This document shows positions 8,080 to 16,893 of a stretch of 29,500 bases of DNA, one piece after another. A model generated the notes under the pieces. It made no database searches. It worked only from the letters and a program-made list of their open reading frames with translations, and was not told the DNA's origin. The DNA is from a virus. Lineage: Duplodnaviria; Caudoviricetes. The stretch covers positions 1-29,500 of the IMG/VR virus record IMGVR_UViG_3300025723_000131; one strand, written 5' to 3'. The number at the start of each line of letters is the position of its first letter. Within the stretch, counting starts at the first letter, position 1. Position numbers and translations under genes: made by a program.

Positions 8080-10859
8080 ACTTTATATACATACGAACCT
8101 GTGTGATCGCAGAGTATGCTCGAGTCAGCATAGATCTTGAATCCTTTTTGATTAGCCTTGTGGCAGAAGTCTAGATCTTCAGAGAAGGTCTCGTTGTGAT
8201 CCAAAGCTGTTCTATAGACAAATTGTGGATACCCAATATCAACCATGACTTGTTTCTTGATTAGAACACAACCCATACCAACAGCACCTACCTGAACAAG
8301 ACCTTTATCTTTGATCTTCTCATATGGCATGTGGTTATAACCACCCTTATCATTAGTCTCGAAGATTTCAATCACATGACGATCGTGGAACCTCTGGATG
8401 TATATTCCAGATACAACATCAACGTCGTGATTGATCATCTTAACCAATGTGTCAGGAGCAAAAGATATATCAGAATCTATTGCAAGTAGATAGTCGTATG
8501 ATCCTTTAACTATCCAATCAGCAATTAAGTTACGTACTTGTTCCACATTGTATCCATAGAAGAATTGAAACTGTGTCTCGTATCCTTCTGGTACGATAAG
8601 GTCATAGATTGACTTAAACGTAGTTGCTTCAATGTTCTTAGCCGTTGGAATTGCTATTAGAATCTTTTTTTTTGACATAATGTTCCTTGCTACTATATCT
8701 TTAGTGCGAACCATTTCCACTTTTGGGTCTAATTGTTTTGTTGTTGAATTTACTTCTATCTTTTCCAGCTTTACACCCTTGCTAAGGACTTGTGCAGCAT
8801 TCCAGTTCTGTTGTTGACTATTAACTTTATAATCGTTTAGTGGATTTTTATCATTGTAAAGCATTACAATGTCAGACACGACTGTAATCTTTTCTGGATC
8901 TGCTTGCTCTAGGATGTTATAGAACGTAGCATTGTCACCACCCGCTTTAAACCATTTGCCATCATGATCTTTAAATACATTATTAGATATATTATTGATT
9001 AGTCCTCTACGAAATGTTCTCAAATGAGGATAAGGCATATTCCAGTTAAACTTGTAACTGCGGTAACCTTTTGTATCTCTCACTGCTTTCGGATAAGGTT
9101 GAGCCTGAAGAGGGATATCATCTACTTCTGACCAGCAACTACCATATGAGTAATCTGTCTTGCCTTGAGCATAAAGGTTATTGTAAAAATTAAAAATATT
9201 ATTGTCGTTGATGAGAGCGTCATCACCATCAAGTAACATTACAATGTGATCATCACCATCTGGCTCATCCACAGATATAATCCTTAGCATGCTAATTTGA
9301 TTATACACAGCACCAAAGTTTTCTGGATTATGTTTTACGGTAAATTTATCAATTAGGTGTGGATACATATACTTAATGTAATTAACAACAAGATCGAGAC
9401 TAGTATCATTACTATTGTCATCAATCAAGTACATATGCCAGTTATCATAATTTTGTGATGCAACAGAATCAATACATCTTAAAATGTAGTCGAATGCGTT
9501 GTAGAATGGTGTTATAATATTAATACGTTGCTCAGAAGATACTTTGTAACTATTCCATTCTTCTGGATTGCTAAACCTACGACCAAATACTTTATGTACA
9601 CGGTCATTGATATAGGATACTTTACGGAAATCCTCTACAGGAAGATACAAACCAAGCTTCTTGTAGATATGTTGTTTCCATTGTAATGCAACAGTATCCC
9701 AGCCAGCAATGTCCTTTACAATATTGCACGCATACATCTTTTGCTGGTGGAGATATTTGTTATTGTAGGCATCAAATACCATCTTGCCAAAATCACGAGC
9801 TTGTTTAGCTGGATCGATATTAGGAAATAGGTTGTTTGGTTCAATTGCATAATCTAGATGGTAACATGCAGACTCTATGGCAGTCTCTTCAAGTGCACCA
9901 AACCGTACAGTCAAGAGAGGTGTGTTGTAATACAACGACTCAAGTGCCGATATACCAAACGTCTCTGGGAAAGCACCAGGAAAGATAAAGAAGCTGGCAG
10001 ATTGGAACAACTCTGCAACTTGTTTCTGTGGAATAATTCCAGTAAAAGAAACATCCAGATCTTTATATTGCTCTTGTTGCGCAAGATCTTCTAGTTCACG
10101 TTGCTGCTGATCTGGCTCTGCTGTTGAGCTAAACTTATAATAACCACCAGCCACAACTAGCTTTGCATCAGGAAGATTCAACTTTACAAGTGGCCACACA
10201 TTATTAAGTAATGGCTTCAACCCTTTTGATACAGATGCAACGTATACAAAAAGATTGGGATCTTTTTTAGTAATATCTGTTTCTTCAAAATACTTAACAA
10301 TACCATTACGTGTTTGATAGATCTTCTTCTTTAGTACTTCAAAGTTACGACGATCACCACCGTGCCAACAATTCGTGACATATGATGTATGAAAATCAGA
10401 TAGTGTAAACAATTCATCAATGTAATTACTGACTAGCAACTTCTCGACAAATGGATCACCCCAAATAAATGTATCATGCATCCACAATATCTTGTGCTTG
10501 CTTGCCTCTCTTACATTATCAAACAAACTATAAGGATATCTGGTAGAGTTTTCTATTTGTCCTTGAAGTTCTTTTGGTACGAATGGAGTAATGCAACGAG
10601 ATGAAATCATAACATCATATTGTTTTTCACATTTATCAATATGACTAATATGCTTATACTTCACACCATCATATGTACCAGGACTACAATCTGTATCAGT
10701 GCAATGGTTATATACAGATACGTCAAACCCTATCGATACAAGTTCTTTGGCAATCAAGCTCAATGCAGATTCGGATCCACCAAGTGCACGATTCTTAATC
10801 GTGTTACCATCATATACCAATCCAATCGAATCTATAATAACAATAGAAGGTTTTTTCAT
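8076..10859 (-). CDS. Three-domain glycosyltransferase fusion: GT4 (GT-B) + GT2 (GT-A) + second GT-A domain; 927 aa from the likely start MKKPSIVIID
   Basis: Domain 1: LGGSE, LWMHD, FPETFGISALE (Ex7E). Domain 2: IITPFYNA..YILRCIDSVASQNY.NW...IDDNS.D and LLDGDD. Domain 3: ILIAIPT, RNLIA, LLAIDSDI, VGMGCVLIK, SEDLDFC, CDH.G. ATG at 10859 is preceded by GGAATGGTG and is preferred over the ORF-track start at 10919. Confidence 0.9.
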   Translation of the reverse strand: MKKPSIVIIDSIGLVYDGNTIKNRALGGSESALSLIAKELVSIGFDVSVYNHCTDTDCSPGTYDGVKYKHISHIDKCEKQYDVMISSRCITPFVPKELQGQIENSTRYPYSLFDNVREASKHKILWMHDTFIWGDPFVEKLLVSNYIDELFTLSDFHTSYVTNCWHGGDRRNFEVLKKKIYQTRNGIVKYFEETDITKKDPNLFVYVASVSKGLKPLLNNVWPLVKLNLPDAKLVVAGGYYKFSSTAEPDQQQRELEDLAQQEQYKDLDVSFTGIIPQKQVAELFQSASFFIFPGAFPETFGISALESLYYNTPLLTVRFGALEETAIESACYHLDYAIEPNNLFPNIDPAKQARDFGKMVFDAYNNKYLHQQKMYACNIVKDIAGWDTVALQWKQHIYKKLGLYLPVEDFRKVSYINDRVHKVFGRRFSNPEEWNSYKVSSEQRINIITPFYNAFDYILRCIDSVASQNYDNWHMYLIDDNSNDTSLDLVVNYIKYMYPHLIDKFTVKHNPENFGAVYNQISMLRIISVDEPDGDDHIVMLLDGDDALINDNNIFNFYNNLYAQGKTDYSYGSCWSEVDDIPLQAQPYPKAVRDTKGYRSYKFNWNMPYPHLRTFRRGLINNISNNVFKDHDGKWFKAGGDNATFYNILEQADPEKITVVSDIVMLYNDKNPLNDYKVNSQQQNWNAAQVLSKGVKLEKIEVNSTTKQLDPKVEMVRTKDIVARNIMSKKKILIAIPTAKNIEATTFKSIYDLIVPEGYETQFQFFYGYNVEQVRNLIADWIVKGSYDYLLAIDSDISFAPDTLVKMINHDVDVVSGIYIQRFHDRHVIEIFETNDKGGYNHMPYEKIKDKGLVQVGAVGMGCVLIKKQVMVDIGYPQFVYRTALDHNETFSEDLDFCHKANQKGFKIYADSSILCDHTGSYVYKV

Positions 10860-10881
10860 CTCAAATTCACCATTCCAAACA

Positions 10882-10889
10882 CATAAATA
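10882..10889 (+). promoter_or_regulatory. Probable T4-type late promoter (CATAAATA variant) for the large Gly-X-Y fibre unit
   Basis: 7/8 match to TATAAATA, intergenic, ~50 nt upstream of the ATG at 10940. The same variant recurs at 16863. Confidence 0.65.
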
Positions 10890-10907
10890 AAAACACTTGT
10901 AATCTAT

Positions 10908-10936
10908 AATATATATCAATTCAATTAATCAGGCAA
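10908..10936 (-). promoter_or_regulatory. Candidate sigma70-type promoter for the glycosyltransferase (TTGCCT-17 nt-TATATT)
   Basis: The minus strand reads ttgcct gattaattgaattgata tatatt, ~50 nt upstream of the ATG at 10859. The context is AT-rich, so a chance match is possible. Confidence 0.4.
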
Positions 10937-10939
10937 CGA

Positions 10940-13900
10940 ATGTCTTTAATAATTCAAAATCAAAATTTAATTGGCAACGGCAGCAATACTCAATTCACAT
11001 TGCTAACGTCGACGGCTAACTCTGTAAATGTTATTACAGTGGTCAATGGCCTTGTACAAACTCCTGATATAGATTATACGGTTACTGGAAGTACGTTGAC
11101 GTTTACTATTCCACCAGTTTCAACAGCAGAGATTGAAGTTAGATATTATTCAACTGATGATACTACAGGATACAAAGGTTCTGCTGGATATCAAGGTTCA
11201 CAAGGATTTCAAGGATCAACAGGTGATTCTGGTTATGTAGGAAGTATGGGATATACTGGATCTAGAGGAGCTGGTTATACTGGTTCTACAGGTTTAGTAG
11301 GAGCACCAACAAGCAATCAATACATCAATGCTGATGGTGTCAATTCAATCTTTACAATGAATGTTCCTGTTACAGATCCCAACAACATATTTGTTTTTAT
11401 TAACGGTATTGTACAAACACCAACAATAGATTATACAGTATCAGGAACTACTTTAACCTTTACGTTTGTTCCTTCTACCAATTCAGCAATAGAAATTAGA
11501 TTCTTTGGCATTGCTCAAGGATTGACTGGTTATAGAGGATCGCTAGGTGATTCTGGTTATACTGGTTCAATGGGATCTGTTGGTTATCAAGGTAGTATAG
11601 GATTCACAGGTTCTTCAGGAACATCTGGATATACTGGTTCTATTGGTTATGCAGGAACAATAGGATATACAGGTTCATTAGGTTATACGGGTTCAGCGGG
11701 AGCAGGATATACAGGATCTGCAGGTCCTGCAGGTGCTCCTACAAGTAGTCAATCTATAACTGCAGATGGTACCAACAACTCATTCACAATGTCACAATCC
11801 GTTTCCAATCCTAACTATGTGTTGGTTACAATCAATGGCTTGTTACAAATACCTACTACAGACTATACTGTATCAGGAACAAATATAACATTTGCATTTA
11901 CTCCAATTAACTCTGCAATCATAGAACTTAGATACTTTGGAGAGATTGGATCTGAAGGATATCAAGGATCTGTAGGCTTCCAAGGTTCTGCTGGTGTGGG
12001 ATATATTGGTTCTTTAGGCTTTACTGGTTCTATTGGATATACAGGTTCTAGAGGAGCTGGGTATACAGGTTCGATGGGTCCTGTAGGGGCCCCTTCTGAT
12101 TATCAAGTATTTGTTGGTGATGGTGTTTCAACTTCATTCACTATGAAGAATAGTGTTCCATTTGAAGCAGCAATCATAGTAGCTATCAATGGTCTTATTC
12201 AGATTCCAATAACTGATTATACTGTATCTGGTACTAATGTCAACTTTAATTTTGTTCCTAATAACCTTTCTGAAATAGAGATAAGATATTTTGAAATTAC
12301 CGAGGGGTTTAGAGGTTCTGTTGGTTATCAAGGCTCTGCTGGTACGCCTGGAACAGGATACTGGGGTTCAGTAGGCTATACAGGTTCGATAGGTTACACA
12401 GGCTCTGTTGGTATAGGCTTGCAAGGTCCTGTAGGAGCTCCTCAAGATAACCAAACATTTATTGGAACAGGATCTACTTCTTCATTTACAATGAACTATT
12501 CCATTGTTAATGAGAGTAACATTATTGTTACCATCAACGGATTGGTACAGATTCCTGTAACAGACTATACTGTATCGGGAAATACACTTTCGTTTACTGT
12601 AATTCCTCCTAACAATACTAATATTGAAGTTAGATACTTCACGATTGCTGCCGTTGGATATTCAGGATCAGTTGGTTACAAAGGTTCTGTAGGTGATCCA
12701 GGTGGTTCAACAGGTTATACTGGATCTATTGGTTTCACAGGATCGATTGGTATTGGATTCACAGGATCTATTGGTATTGGTTATACAGGTTCTGCTGGTG
12801 TTGGTGTTCCTTATGATATGGAAACACAAACATCATCTTCCAATCAGACAGTTTTTATATTAAAGAATGTTGTGGCTCAACCAGGCAACATCTTCCTTTC
12901 TGTTAATGGATTGTTACAAACACCTATATTAGATTACAACATTAGCAACTCAAATACTTTAACACTAACAACAGCACCTGCACTAAACTCTGTTGTTGAA
13001 GTAAGATATTTTGCTGGAACAGGTTATGCTGGTTCACAAGGATATAATGGATCTGCTGGTTTCCAGGGATCTGTTGGTGTAACAGGTAGCCAAGGATCTG
13101 TAGGATATCAAGGATCTGTTGGCTTCCAAGGTTCTGCATCTTTTGGTGGCTATCAAGGCTCAATAGGTTTCCAAGGTTCTCAAGGTAACATTGGTAACCA
13201 AGGAACTATAGGTTTCCAAGGTAGTCAAGGAGATCAAGGTTTAGTTGGCTTCCAGGGTTCACAAGGTAATATTGGTACACAAGGTGATGTTGGCTATCAA
13301 GGATCGGCTGGGTTTGCTGGATCAATAGGTAATTTAGGTGGTACAGGTTATCAAGGTTCTGTAGGAGCTCAAGGATCTGGTGGACAAATTGGTCCAACTG
13401 GACTTCAAGGTAACATTGGTTTCCAAGGATCTTCTGGATATAGAGGCTCTGTCGGCGCTGCTGGTGCTGGTTTCCAAGGTTCTTTAGGCTTTCAAGGTTC
13501 TATTGGTAGCGTTGGATATCAAGGTTCTTCTGGAGCTTCTGCAGCAGCTGGCTACCAAGGCTCAGTAGGTTTCCAAGGTAGTATTGGATTTCAAGGTAGT
13601 GTAGGTAATCAAGGCATATCTGGTTACCAAGGATCGCTTGGTGATACTGGATACTTAGGTTCGATTGGTTTCCAAGGATCGTTTGGTAACACTGGTTATC
13701 AAGGATCATCGGGTGCATCATCGTCTGCTGGTTATCAGGGGTCAGGTGGCTTTCAGGGTTCTGTAGGTTTCCAAGGTTCCATTGGTGCTACAGGATATCA
13801 GGGTGATGTTGGATATCAGGGTTCTGCTGGCTTCCAAGGTAGTGTTGGTGATCAAGGAAATATTGGTTACCAAGGATCACAAGGTGATATAGGATATCAG

Positions 13901-15976
13901 GGTGTTGTAGGTTTCCAAGGATCTGTGGGTTTTCAAGGTTCTTTTGGTTACACAGGATATCAAGGTTCTTCAGGTCAATCTGCATCAGCAGGCTACCAAG
14001 GATCTTCTGGCTTCCAAGGTTCTGCTGGCTTCCAAGGTTCATTTGGTGATACAGGGTATCAAGGTTCAGTAGGTTTCCAAGGATCTGTTGGGTTTCAGGG
14101 ATCTATTGGTGGAACAGGATATCAAGGATCAGCAGGTGCAGCAGCTGCTGCGGGTTACCAAGGCTCAGTAGGATTTCAAGGAAGTGTTGGGTTCCAAGGT
14201 TCCGTTGGCTTCCAAGGTTCGTTTGGTGGAACAGGATATCTAGGTTCCATTGGCTTCAAGGGTAGTACAGGCTTCCAAGGTTCTGTTGGTGCTACTGGCT
14301 ATCAAGGTTCAGTTGGATTTCAAGGTTCAGTTGGATTTCAAGGATCGGTAGGCTTCCAGGGTTCGTTTGGTAATACAGGATATCAAGGATCTTCTGGTGC
14401 CGCAGCTGCTGCAGGTTATCAAGGAAGTGCTGGCTTTCAAGGATCAGTTGGTTTCCAAGGTTCATTTGGTAACACTGGTTACCAGGGATCTTCTGGTGCA
14501 ACAGCTGCAGCTGGTTATCAAGGATCTGCTGGCTTCCAAGGTTCAGTTGGTAGTACAGGCTTCCAAGGCTCAGTAGGGTTTCAAGGATCTGTTGGCTTCC
14601 AAGGATCAGCATCTTTTGGTGGCTATCAAGGATCTGCTGGCTTCCAGGGTTCAGTTGGATCTATAGGCTTCCAAGGATCTGTTGGCTTCCAAGGATCTTT
14701 TGGTGGAACAGGTTACCAAGGAAGCGTTGGCTTCCAAGGTTCTGCTTCATTTGGTGGTTACCAAGGAAGCGTTGGATTTCAAGGCTCTGTTGGTTTCCAA
14801 GGTTCCGTTGGATTCCAGGGTTCGGTTGGCTTCCAGGGTTCTTTCGGTGGCACTGGCTATCAAGGTTCATCTGGTGCAGCCGCTGCGGCTGGTTATCAAG
14901 GTTCAGCAGGCTTTCAGGGTAGTGTTGGAGCAATAGGATTTCAAGGAAGTGTTGGTTTCCAAGGTAGTGTAGGCTTCCAAGGTTCGTTTGGTGGAACTGG
15001 TTACCAAGGTAGCATAGGGTTTCAAGGTTCGTTTGGTGGAACTGGGTATCTAGGGTCCATTGGTTTCCAAGGTTCCGTTGGATTCCAGGGTTCGGTTGGC
15101 TTCCAGGGTTCTTTCGGTGGCACTGGCTATCAAGGATCATCTGGTGCTGCTGCTGCGGCTGGTTATCAAGGCTCTGCTGGTTTTCAAGGTAGTGTAGGCT
15201 TCCAAGGTTCGTTTGGTGGAACTGGGTATCTAGGGTCCATTGGTTTTCAAGGAAGCGCTGGCTTCCAAGGTTCTGTAGGTTTCCAGGGTTCCTTTGGTGG
15301 AACTGGATATCAAGGTTCTTCAGGTGCAGCAGCATCTGCTGGATATCAAGGATCCGTAGGTTTTCAAGGATCAATAGGATTCAGAGGTAGCGTAGGAACA
15401 ACAGGTCAAGCAAACGTAGTATACAGTGATACGCCTCCAACACCAGGTTATGATGGTCTTCTATGGCTTGACACTAATGCTGTAATATTCTCAGCATTCT
15501 CTACTCAAGCTAATACCTGGCTATCACTTGGTGGTGCTGGCCCTGTTGGTAATACAGGTACTAGTGGTCCTATTGGTTATACAGGATCAGCAGGACCAAC
15601 TGGTTATAATGGATCAACTGGTTTCAATGGATCAACTGGTTATACTGGCTCATTGGGTTATACAGGTTCTATTGGTACAACATTACCATTTAATCCTCAA
15701 TCAGGTACATATCTTGTTCAAACATCCGATAACGGTAGTTTAATCTCTGCTGTTGCAAACGTCACTGTCAACACTGGTATATTTACTAACGGTCAAAATT
15801 TTAGCGTGTTTAACAATACTTCAGCTAACATTACAATCATTGCAAATACTGGTGTTACTTTTTACTTGGCCGGCACTTCAAGTACTGGAAATAGAATATT
15901 AGCTACTAGAGGATTAGCTACATTAATTTGTGTTAATACAAGTACGTTTGTTGCTACTGGAGCTGGTTTATCATGA
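10940..15976 (+). CDS. Giant collagen-like (Gly-X-Y) fibre protein, 1678 aa, with six repeated N-terminal beta domains and a C-terminal globular domain
   Basis: Six ~65-aa domains (..G....FTM....NI.V.INGL.Q.P..DYTVSG..LTF...P.....IE.RYF) separated by GYTGS-type spacers. These are followed by ~800 aa of G[FY]QGS[VAIF] repeats, an SDTPP...LWLDT module and a terminal beta domain. Confidence 0.85.
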   Translation: MSLIIQNQNLIGNGSNTQFTLLTSTANSVNVITVVNGLVQTPDIDYTVTGSTLTFTIPPVSTAEIEVRYYSTDDTTGYKGSAGYQGSQGFQGSTGDSGYVGSMGYTGSRGAGYTGSTGLVGAPTSNQYINADGVNSIFTMNVPVTDPNNIFVFINGIVQTPTIDYTVSGTTLTFTFVPSTNSAIEIRFFGIAQGLTGYRGSLGDSGYTGSMGSVGYQGSIGFTGSSGTSGYTGSIGYAGTIGYTGSLGYTGSAGAGYTGSAGPAGAPTSSQSITADGTNNSFTMSQSVSNPNYVLVTINGLLQIPTTDYTVSGTNITFAFTPINSAIIELRYFGEIGSEGYQGSVGFQGSAGVGYIGSLGFTGSIGYTGSRGAGYTGSMGPVGAPSDYQVFVGDGVSTSFTMKNSVPFEAAIIVAINGLIQIPITDYTVSGTNVNFNFVPNNLSEIEIRYFEITEGFRGSVGYQGSAGTPGTGYWGSVGYTGSIGYTGSVGIGLQGPVGAPQDNQTFIGTGSTSSFTMNYSIVNESNIIVTINGLVQIPVTDYTVSGNTLSFTVIPPNNTNIEVRYFTIAAVGYSGSVGYKGSVGDPGGSTGYTGSIGFTGSIGIGFTGSIGIGYTGSAGVGVPYDMETQTSSSNQTVFILKNVVAQPGNIFLSVNGLLQTPILDYNISNSNTLTLTTAPALNSVVEVRYFAGTGYAGSQGYNGSAGFQGSVGVTGSQGSVGYQGSVGFQGSASFGGYQGSIGFQGSQGNIGNQGTIGFQGSQGDQGLVGFQGSQGNIGTQGDVGYQGSAGFAGSIGNLGGTGYQGSVGAQGSGGQIGPTGLQGNIGFQGSSGYRGSVGAAGAGFQGSLGFQGSIGSVGYQGSSGASAAAGYQGSVGFQGSIGFQGSVGNQGISGYQGSLGDTGYLGSIGFQGSFGNTGYQGSSGASSSAGYQGSGGFQGSVGFQGSIGATGYQGDVGYQGSAGFQGSVGDQGNIGYQGSQGDIGYQGVVGFQGSVGFQGSFGYTGYQGSSGQSASAGYQGSSGFQGSAGFQGSFGDTGYQGSVGFQGSVGFQGSIGGTGYQGSAGAAAAAGYQGSVGFQGSVGFQGSVGFQGSFGGTGYLGSIGFKGSTGFQGSVGATGYQGSVGFQGSVGFQGSVGFQGSFGNTGYQGSSGAAAAAGYQGSAGFQGSVGFQGSFGNTGYQGSSGATAAAGYQGSAGFQGSVGSTGFQGSVGFQGSVGFQGSASFGGYQGSAGFQGSVGSIGFQGSVGFQGSFGGTGYQGSVGFQGSASFGGYQGSVGFQGSVGFQGSVGFQGSVGFQGSFGGTGYQGSSGAAAAAGYQGSAGFQGSVGAIGFQGSVGFQGSVGFQGSFGGTGYQGSIGFQGSFGGTGYLGSIGFQGSVGFQGSVGFQGSFGGTGYQGSSGAAAAAGYQGSAGFQGSVGFQGSFGGTGYLGSIGFQGSAGFQGSVGFQGSFGGTGYQGSSGAAASAGYQGSVGFQGSIGFRGSVGTTGQANVVYSDTPPTPGYDGLLWLDTNAVIFSAFSTQANTWLSLGGAGPVGNTGTSGPIGYTGSAGPTGYNGSTGFNGSTGYTGSLGYTGSIGTTLPFNPQSGTYLVQTSDNGSLISAVANVTVNTGIFTNGQNFSVFNNTSANITIIANTGVTFYLAGTSSTGNRILATRGLATLICVNTSTFVATGAGLS
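10961..13017 (+). repeat. Six copies of a ~65-aa beta domain interspersed with short Gly-X-Y spacers
   Basis: Copies at approximately 10961-11149, 11314-11509, 11746-11941, 12098-12295, 12446-12643 and 12821-13017, each containing NG[LI][VLI]Q.P..DY and E[VIL]R[YF][YF]. Confidence 0.85.
13016..15408 (+). repeat. Degenerate 18-bp coding tandem repeat (GGN TTY/TAY CAR GGN TCN NNN) encoding G-F/Y-Q-G-S-x
   Basis: Directly visible in DNA and protein. Includes exact duplications, e.g. 14790-14865 = 15060-15135. Confidence 0.92.
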
Positions 15977-16857
15977 GTGTTATTAATGTTTTAATTGGAG
16001 ATGGTCAGTGGCCTAGATGGGGCAGTGCAATATACACAACAGTTGGTGGTAGTACGTTCACAGTACCTCCTAGTGTCTACTCTATTAGCATTGCTATGGT
16101 TGGAGGTGGCAGTGGTGGCGGAGGTAATAGAGGTGGCGGCGGTGGTGGAGGAGGATTTATTTACCTTAATAATTACTCCGTAACACCAGGTACAGTTTTT
16201 AGCTTGAATGTAGGTTCTGGTGGTGCAGGTGGTAGTGGTAACGTGAACGGTGGCCTTGGATCAAACTCGTGGTTTAATACTGCTACTTTCCTTTATGCTA
16301 CTGGGGGTGGATTATCTGGTGTTGCTAGTTTTGGAAGTACAGGTACAGGTGGTGGTGGTGGAGGTGCTGGAGGATATTCTGCAAACGGAGGTTTTGGTGG
16401 ATCTTCGGGAGGTACCTCAAACTTTGCTTTTGGAGGATCTGGTGGGTACTTTGGTGGCACAGCAACTGGGTTTGTTGGCAACTATGGTGGTATAGGTGGC
16501 ACTGGTACTGCTGGAACCTTTTCTGCAACAGCAGGTACTAATTCTACAGGTGGCGGTGGTTCAGGTGGACCAGGTGGTACTACAACTACTACTGGTGGTG
16601 GTGGTGTTGGTGCATATGGTCAAACATCTGTAGATGCTTCGGGCAACGCAACAAACGGTGGCAGTGATACAGTATCAGGGGGATCATCTGGACTTCCTAG
16701 CAATGGAGGATCTGGAGGCAATGATGGAACCTATTCTGCTGGTGGTTCATATGGAGGGGGAGGACCTGCAGGTGGTGCTGGAGGTAGTGGATTTGTTAGA
16801 ATCGTGTGGCCTGGTAATATAAGACAGTTTCCTACAACAAACGTCAATCCCCCTTAA
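15973..16857 (+). CDS. Glycine-rich protein (294 aa), candidate fibre-tip adhesin with polyglycine tracts
   Basis: TFTVP..V.SISIAMVGGGSGGGG...GGGGGGG...VTPG...LNVGSGGAGG...GGAGGSGFVRIVW is the typical phage glycine-rich domain pattern. ATGA-coupled to the giant fibre gene. Confidence 0.75.
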   Translation: MSVINVLIGDGQWPRWGSAIYTTVGGSTFTVPPSVYSISIAMVGGGSGGGGNRGGGGGGGGFIYLNNYSVTPGTVFSLNVGSGGAGGSGNVNGGLGSNSWFNTATFLYATGGGLSGVASFGSTGTGGGGGGAGGYSANGGFGGSSGGTSNFAFGGSGGYFGGTATGFVGNYGGIGGTGTAGTFSATAGTNSTGGGGSGGPGGTTTTTGGGGVGAYGQTSVDASGNATNGGSDTVSGGSSGLPSNGGSGGNDGTYSAGGSYGGGGPAGGAGGSGFVRIVWPGNIRQFPTTNVNPP

Positions 16858-16862
16858 TATAA

Positions 16863-16870
16863 CATAAATA
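16863..16870 (+). promoter_or_regulatory. Probable T4-type late promoter (CATAAATA)
   Basis: Lies in a 36-nt intergenic gap, followed by an ACAGGA RBS and the ATG at 16894. Confidence 0.7.
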
Positions 16871-16893
16871 TTTAAAACATTACAGGATATATT

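Noticed and set aside
10860-10919. 20-codon N-terminal extension of the glycosyltransferase in the ORF track
   Set aside because: It overlaps the promoter-bearing intergenic region. The ATG at 10859 has an SD-like motif and begins at the first GT-B strand.
13016-15408. Possible CRISPR array or non-coding satellite
   Set aside because: The repeats are in-frame, vary at synonymous positions and have no unique spacers, so they are coding repeats.
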